In this document: one piece after another, positions 6,020 to 10,448 of the stretch | Layout of the letters: each line of letters opens with the position of its first letter | Numbering within the stretch: position 1 is the stretch's first letter | Assembly (NCBI GenBank): GCA_046538155.1 | Contig: JBKHJL010000033.1 | Coordinates: forward strand, 1 to 10,448 | Direction of reading: 5' to 3' | Source: Candidatus Micrarchaeia archaeon | Lineage (GTDB): Archaea > Micrarchaeota > Micrarchaeia > Anstonellales > Bilamarchaeaceae | Length of the DNA stretch: 10,448 nucleotides | The notes under the pieces: generated by a model | What the model was told of the DNA's origin: nothing | The model's input: only the letters and a program-made list of their open reading frames with translations | Database searches by the model: none | Program-made: the position numbers and the translations under genes

Positions 6020-6646
6020 TCATTCTTCTTTTGGGGGAACAGTTACTTCCCCTCCATTCTCGTTAATGTACTGAGCCACAGTGTCAGTGAGCCCGCGGGT
6101 GTGCGCCTTCTCAATTATGAGTTTTATTGTTTTTAGCGCAAGCGGGAGGTTTCCCCTTCCGCCTATCCATACGTATCCATTGTTGCCTACGAAAATAGAG
6201 CACCCTGTACCTTCCCGCAGGATATTGAGCATGCTGCTCTTCTTCCCTATAACTCTTGGCACTTTTGAGGCAGGCACATCCACTATTTTTCCGTTCGGGA
6301 GCCGCTTTGCATCGTTTATGTCTACGGTCCCCACTTCATCAACGAATTTTACCCTTCCATATATCAGGTCTCCCTGCTTGAAGGTTATTCTGCTGAATTT
6401 TGAGTTTATGAACCCATCGTATGGGAGATTCAGGTCAATATTGTATCCTGAATGCCGTACATTGGTAACAATTCCAACTACGTTGTCCCCTGTTTTTGGT
6501 TTATAAATCATTTCAAGGGGGATAAATTTCTCATCCCTTACCATCCCGAGAACGGTTGCATATGTGTTTCCGTTTTCGCAATATGTATTTGGGGCCCTAA
6601 TTTCCTTTTCCCAGAGCAATTCTCCGGGGACAGCTATCTTTTCCAA
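6020..6646 (-). CDS. rrp4: Exosome RNA-binding cap protein Rrp4 (S1 plus KH)
   Basis: IAVPGELL, YKPKTGDNVVGIV (S1), KVPRVIGKKSSM, VGNNGYVWI (KH), AHTRGLTD. Starts at TTG: 6646 is favoured by AGGTGA RBS spacing, 6649 is the alternative. Confidence 0.94.
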   Translation of the reverse strand: MEKIAVPGELLWEKEIRAPNTYCENGNTYATVLGMVRDEKFIPLEMIYKPKTGDNVVGIVTNVRHSGYNIDLNLPYDGFINSKFSRITFKQGDLIYGRVKFVDEVGTVDINDAKRLPNGKIVDVPASKVPRVIGKKSSMLNILREGTGCSIFVGNNGYVWIGGRGNLPLALKTIKLIIEKAHTRGLTDTVAQYINENGGEVTVPPKEE

Positions 6647-6654
6647 CAAATCAC

Positions 6655-7347
6655 CTATTCAATTTTCTTTGTTTCGGCTTGTCCTGCCGTCAGCTTGTTT
6701 ATCTTGTCTATAAATTCTCCCTGCATCCCTGCAGGTATTTCCACGGCTAATATGAGGTGGCCGTCCTTCAGCCACTGCTCCTTCTTTATCCCGTATGTTT
6801 TTAGTGTGCCGTAGGCCCGGTGGGAATACTCAGGGGGAATCTTTACTGCCATCTCCAGCTTCTCAAATTTTATGGGTATGAGCGGCCGGAGCTTCTTTAG
6901 AAGTTCGTCCATCTGCTCCTTAGGGTCCCTGAACGGGTCCACATGGAACCGGACCTCCTCCATTGCATTTTCAATCCTCCTTGGGGGAATGGGCGCTTTT
7001 GTCCTCACGTCTATGGCTTCCCTGCAAATCATGTGTATTATCTGCTTCTTCTTGTCCCCCACTTTCTTTTTCCTCTGCCCAGTTGTCAGCTGCACCGTTC
7101 CCTTCTTCAGTATTGTTTCCAGTATCTCGTTTATGTCGGTGGTCCCGAACGCTTTCTGCAGGTCCGAGTTCTTTGCCCGGTCCCCTTTTTTTGCATCCTC
7201 GTAAACCTCTTCCACCACGAGTATATTCTTCAGGTCTTTTTTCCCTCCGTCTATGTACTGGTAGGTTGCATCCGGGTCCACGTAAAGCTCAAAATGCTTC
7301 CCTTCTTTGTCGTAGGAGGCAATAATCGCTTTATCTAAACTCACCAT
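6655..7347 (-). CDS. sdo1: Ribosome maturation factor SBDS/Sdo1 (230 aa)
   Basis: MVSLDKAIIA, GKHFELYVDP, VYEDAKKG, LQKAFGTTD, ILKKGTVQLT, PPRRIENAMEE, IPIKFE, EIPAGMQ. Start reassigned to ATG 7347. Confidence 0.96.
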   Translation of the reverse strand: MVSLDKAIIASYDKEGKHFELYVDPDATYQYIDGGKKDLKNILVVEEVYEDAKKGDRAKNSDLQKAFGTTDINEILETILKKGTVQLTTGQRKKKVGDKKKQIIHMICREAIDVRTKAPIPPRRIENAMEEVRFHVDPFRDPKEQMDELLKKLRPLIPIKFEKLEMAVKIPPEYSHRAYGTLKTYGIKKEQWLKDGHLILAVEIPAGMQGEFIDKINKLTAGQAETKKIE

Positions 7348-7406
7348 ACTATCACAGAACGCTAACAGCCAAAATTCGGCATTGGGCATTATTTATTATA
7401 TAGGGG

Positions 7407-7421
7407 TTTATAAATGTTTCC
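7407..7421 (-). promoter_or_regulatory. Probable promoter of the SBDS-exosome operon
   Basis: Minus strand GGAAACA-TTTATAAA (TATA at 7407-7414) lies in an AT-rich divergent intergenic region. Confidence 0.6.
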
Positions 7422-7439
7422 TTAAATCGCCATTTCTTC

Positions 7440-7457
7440 CAAAGCCAAGATATAAAA
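7440..7457 (+). promoter_or_regulatory. Probable promoter of the surface-protein gene (leaderless spacing)
   Basis: CAAAGCCAAGA-TATAAAA, with TATA at 7451-7457, i.e. -30 to -24 relative to ATG 7481. Confidence 0.6.
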
Positions 7458-7480
7458 CCTTTAATTTAGAATATGGCTCC

Positions 7481-10375
7481 ATGGTAAACTATCTCTGGAC
7501 ATTTCTCCTGATTTTAGGGCTTTGTTTTGCAGCAACCCCCATAACAGAGTGTACGACAGTTTCTGCCCCTGGCCAGTATTATTTAGCCAACGATATCATC
7601 AACAATACTGCGGACCCCTGCATCCAAATAACCACGGATAACATATTGCTTGACTGTGCCCACCATTACCTTGAGGCTTCTGAAGGAGGAATCGGCGCTT
7701 CCCTTTCAGGCACCCCTTCCAATATCACAATCGCCAACTGTTCCATCTATTCCTCCAATGATGGCCAGATTATGATTCGCGGAAGCGGAGAAGATTTCCA
7801 TTTCCTGAATCTTGAGCTGAATGGAAGTGCGCCTTCCCTTGCCTTCCAGGCAAACCAGTCTGAAGTATACAATCTTTCTTCCAATGGTACATGGGTAGCG
7901 GATATGGGGAATGTTTCCGGCATCACGATTCAAAATATTACGGGAACCAGGAGTTCCCCGGGAAAGATATCTGCAGAAAGCATCCTTCGCTATAGTATAC
8001 TGGACCTGCACAATGTATGGATTGACCTGACTGATGCATCCAACGGGACAGTGGAAAATATTTATTGCTCCAATCAGGCAAACGGAGGCTGTTATGTCCT
8101 TAATGCGGGGACCCCTACTTCTGTTTTGAACAACAATACCCTGAGAAATGCCTATTTTTCTGACTGCCAGTTTATGGGGTTCCCCGCTCCCTGCTTTACA
8201 TATCCAAAATCAATAGGAAGCGTTTATTTTTATGAGGTTGAACTTGTCAGGCCCCCCGGATTGTACTTTCCCCCCGGATTTGTTGCAGATGGAATACGGA
8301 TAGTAAATGCTTCGGGTGGAGCAGGAATCGGCGGGAACAGCATTGTCCGCAACATGAATATTTCCCTTGATGCTTCTGCAGGCGACCCTGCTTTTGTAGC
8401 GTTTGGGGACAGTGTCCGGGTTTCAAATGTGGATATACAGCTGAGGGACAGTCTCCAGACAGGCATTGCAGTGGCAACCCCATTTAGTCCCCCTCTTTCA
8501 AATTCTATGTTTGAAGATTTTGATGTTTCCGGCGGGGCAAAGGGGCTAGAGGTACAGAATGCACTTGATAATGTCACTTTTTCGGATGTAAGCATGGACA
8601 ACATGGCAATGGGGGTTGCGCTTTCAAGGGAGGCCAAGGATTTCACGGTTGATGGCCTTGTGATTACAAATGCTTCAGATGCCGGAGTCAAAATTGAATC
8701 CACATACATGGTTTTCCCGTGTGATGAACCTCTGGGCCACCAGTTTACTGATGTCATCATACGGGATTCAGAGTCAGGCATTGTGCTTACCGGAGCCACA
8801 GGCGATGTTTGTGATGTCCGCTTTTCCGGGGTTGAAGCGGAGGTTGATGATGCAGGGTTTCTGGTGGAGGCCGAAGTTTCGCGTGTCAGCCTTGACGATT
8901 TTAATATTTCTGTTTCCGACAATACAGGAGTGGGAATGAACCTCTCCCGGAATTATTTTTCCAATTATACAAATGGTGAAGTTTCAGGAGGAGAATACTG
9001 TATCTGGACTTACCATGCAAAAGAGAATAATAGCTATGCAGGGCTGGAATTGCATGATTGTGATACAGGGTTTCTCCTGGGCAATACTGTTACTCCTCCT
9101 GTTTCCAATTATGTAAACAACACAGGCATCCATATCCATGATGTGCTCCTTGCATACGATATAAGCAATTTCTGGTACCCCGTTATATTTGAAGAGGTGT
9201 TTTTTGGGGAAAATGCAGTCGGAATGGGGATGGAGTTTTCTACCTTTGGATGCATTGACTTCAATTCTGTAGCCCAGCCCGCCCCGCTCCCCCATGGATA
9301 TACAGAATTTCTTGGAAACTATCTTGAAGTGCGGGAGTTTGATTCAAATCCTGCCTGTGCGGACCCAACACATTATGCATTCATGAATGAGACGGGTTTC
9401 CTGTGGACAGCTGAACAGGAATCCGGCTATGACATGAGTACCCTCAAAGTCCTGAAGTGGAACGGCACCAACTGGTCTGAAGTGCCAGGTACCCTGGACC
9501 TCTCCAACCGCATTTATGAAGCAGGGCATATGGAGAATTTCAGCATATTCACCCTTGCTGCAGAAACAGAAGAGCCTGCCCCGTCCGATGATGGAAACGG
9601 CGGCCGGGAAGAAGCGGGTCCGATTTCCCTCTCTGTGCCAGAGGGGGCATATGTGCTTGAGACTGTTATCATTCAGGCCTTTGACAAAAACGGAGATCCC
9701 CTCAATGCAAAAATTTCCGTGGAATTTGACGGGGAAACAATATTCAGCGAATTTGCAGGCCCAGATGGAGAAGCAGAGGTTGTTCCTATGGAGGAAGGGG
9801 TTTATGCAGTGAGTGCATACAGGTATGGGTATGAAAGCCCATTTCCGTCTGAATTTGTGGCCAGCCCCAGGCAGCTTGATGTATCTATCCCTTCCTCTGT
9901 TTATGAAGGTGAGAGGTTTGCGGTAGTTGTGGTTTCAGGGGAAGAGTTGCTTGAAGGGGCAAATGTTGGCATCGGCAATCTCCTGCAGGTATGCGGAGAA
10001 GACGGCACTGTGCATTTTACTCTTTTCCACCCCGGCGAGTATGAAGTAAAAGTTTCAAAAGATGGATACGTTTCCTGGTCAGGTGTCCTGGAAGTCCTGC
10101 CGGAGCAGACGGATGAAGAATCTGAAGAGGGAACGGAAGAGGGAGAACCCGCAGAAGAGGATACCCATTTACCACCTGAAGAGGAAGAACCCGCAGAAGA
10201 GGAAGAGCCCTTCTCTGTCCCTGTTTCCCATGGGGAGGTGCCCAGTGTGGAGGAGCCCAGGCAGCCTGTAAGCAAGGAGGCAAAAGAATTGCAGCAGTAC
10301 TACTTGTGGATACTCCTCCTTCTCATAATTGCTGCAGGAGCATACTGGATATACAAAAACAGGAAAGGGAAGTAG
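7481..10375 (+). CDS. Large secreted, C-terminally membrane-anchored surface glycoprotein with right-handed parallel beta-helix (NosD/CASH/pectin-lyase-like) repeats (964 aa)
   Basis: Signal peptide MVNYLWTFLLILGLCFA. Beta-helix cap ITECTTVSAPGQYYLANDI...CIQITTDNILLDC, followed by NITIxN/G-I-x-L/V repeats and many N-x-S/T sequons. Then KWNGTNW...NFSIFTLA, two Ig/prealbumin-like repeats ending GVYAVSAYRYGY and GEYEVKVSKDGY, a Glu/Pro linker, and TM YYLWILLLLIIAAGAYWIY with a KNRKGK tail. Confidence 0.85.
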   Translation: MVNYLWTFLLILGLCFAATPITECTTVSAPGQYYLANDIINNTADPCIQITTDNILLDCAHHYLEASEGGIGASLSGTPSNITIANCSIYSSNDGQIMIRGSGEDFHFLNLELNGSAPSLAFQANQSEVYNLSSNGTWVADMGNVSGITIQNITGTRSSPGKISAESILRYSILDLHNVWIDLTDASNGTVENIYCSNQANGGCYVLNAGTPTSVLNNNTLRNAYFSDCQFMGFPAPCFTYPKSIGSVYFYEVELVRPPGLYFPPGFVADGIRIVNASGGAGIGGNSIVRNMNISLDASAGDPAFVAFGDSVRVSNVDIQLRDSLQTGIAVATPFSPPLSNSMFEDFDVSGGAKGLEVQNALDNVTFSDVSMDNMAMGVALSREAKDFTVDGLVITNASDAGVKIESTYMVFPCDEPLGHQFTDVIIRDSESGIVLTGATGDVCDVRFSGVEAEVDDAGFLVEAEVSRVSLDDFNISVSDNTGVGMNLSRNYFSNYTNGEVSGGEYCIWTYHAKENNSYAGLELHDCDTGFLLGNTVTPPVSNYVNNTGIHIHDVLLAYDISNFWYPVIFEEVFFGENAVGMGMEFSTFGCIDFNSVAQPAPLPHGYTEFLGNYLEVREFDSNPACADPTHYAFMNETGFLWTAEQESGYDMSTLKVLKWNGTNWSEVPGTLDLSNRIYEAGHMENFSIFTLAAETEEPAPSDDGNGGREEAGPISLSVPEGAYVLETVIIQAFDKNGDPLNAKISVEFDGETIFSEFAGPDGEAEVVPMEEGVYAVSAYRYGYESPFPSEFVASPRQLDVSIPSSVYEGERFAVVVVSGEELLEGANVGIGNLLQVCGEDGTVHFTLFHPGEYEVKVSKDGYVSWSGVLEVLPEQTDEESEEGTEEGEPAEEDTHLPPEEEEPAEEEEPFSVPVSHGEVPSVEEPRQPVSKEAKELQQYYLWILLLLIIAAGAYWIYKNRKGK
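10144..10203 (+). repeat. 18-bp direct repeat in the acidic linker
   Basis: AGAACCCGCAGAAGAGGA at 10144-10161 and 10186-10203, encoding EPAEE twice. Confidence 0.7.
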
Positions 10376-10400
10376 GGTAATCTGCTACCCATATTTTATT
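10375..10400 (+). terminator. Possible terminator (short hairpin plus T-rich tract)
   Basis: GGGTA-atctgc-TACCC (10375-10390) followed by ATATTTTATT right after the stop codon. Confidence 0.3.
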
Positions 10401-10448
10401 GAAATAATCTCCTCAAGAATACTGCCAGCTTCAGCTGAGCAGTTGAAT

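Noticed and set aside
6225..6262. Rrp4 KH loop GKKS rather than GxxG
   Set aside because: A degenerate GxxG loop is already known in Rrp4 proteins, so it is not evidence of inactivation.
1245..7338. Numerous plus-strand ORFs (e.g. 1554-1988, 2010-2468, 4507-5301, 6081-6506)
   Set aside because: They are antisense to well-supported conserved genes and have Ser/Phe/Pro-rich shadow composition with no motifs.
8252..8280. CCCCCCGGATT repeated twice (C6 tracts) as a phase-variation site
   Set aside because: The tracts are short, the frame is intact, and the repeat is explained by PPG-x-x-x-PPG coding.
7706..10283. Minus-strand and alternate-frame ORFs inside the surface-protein gene (e.g. 8230-8922, 9901-10275)
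   Set aside because: They are antisense or out-of-frame shadows of the 964-aa CDS.
1..10448. CRISPR array, integrase/transposase, or att duplication of the tRNA 3' end
   Set aside because: By eye I found no regularly spaced repeats, no recombinase motifs and no second copy of the tRNA end within the window.

Overview
Archaeal chromosome segment. The gene content, GGTG/GGAGG-type RBSs, TATA/BRE promoters and surface-protein style suggest a DPANN lineage such as Micrarchaeota, but this is inference only. Most of the window is one tightly coupled minus-strand cluster, a trimmed archaeal exosome superoperon: SBDS/Sdo1, rrp4, rrp41, rrp42, rpl37ae, rpoP (Rpo12, missed by the ORF track), pcc1, prefoldin beta and a DHH phosphoesterase. 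It continues into a short-type purA and a 66-aa ORF, then a RelBE-like toxin-antitoxin pair and tRNA-Ser(TGA). A small membrane-protein gene converges on the tRNA from the left. A 964-aa secreted, membrane-anchored beta-helix surface protein is transcribed divergently on the right. The most notable observations are: (1) the RpoP-position gene encodes a protein with all four zinc-ribbon cysteines replaced; (2) a ~140-bp cluster of hairpins bracketed by 13-bp direct repeats lies just past the tRNA 3' end; (3) the 66-aa ORF looks like the two ends of a larger gene joined together; (4) purA is appended to the RNA-degradation operon.
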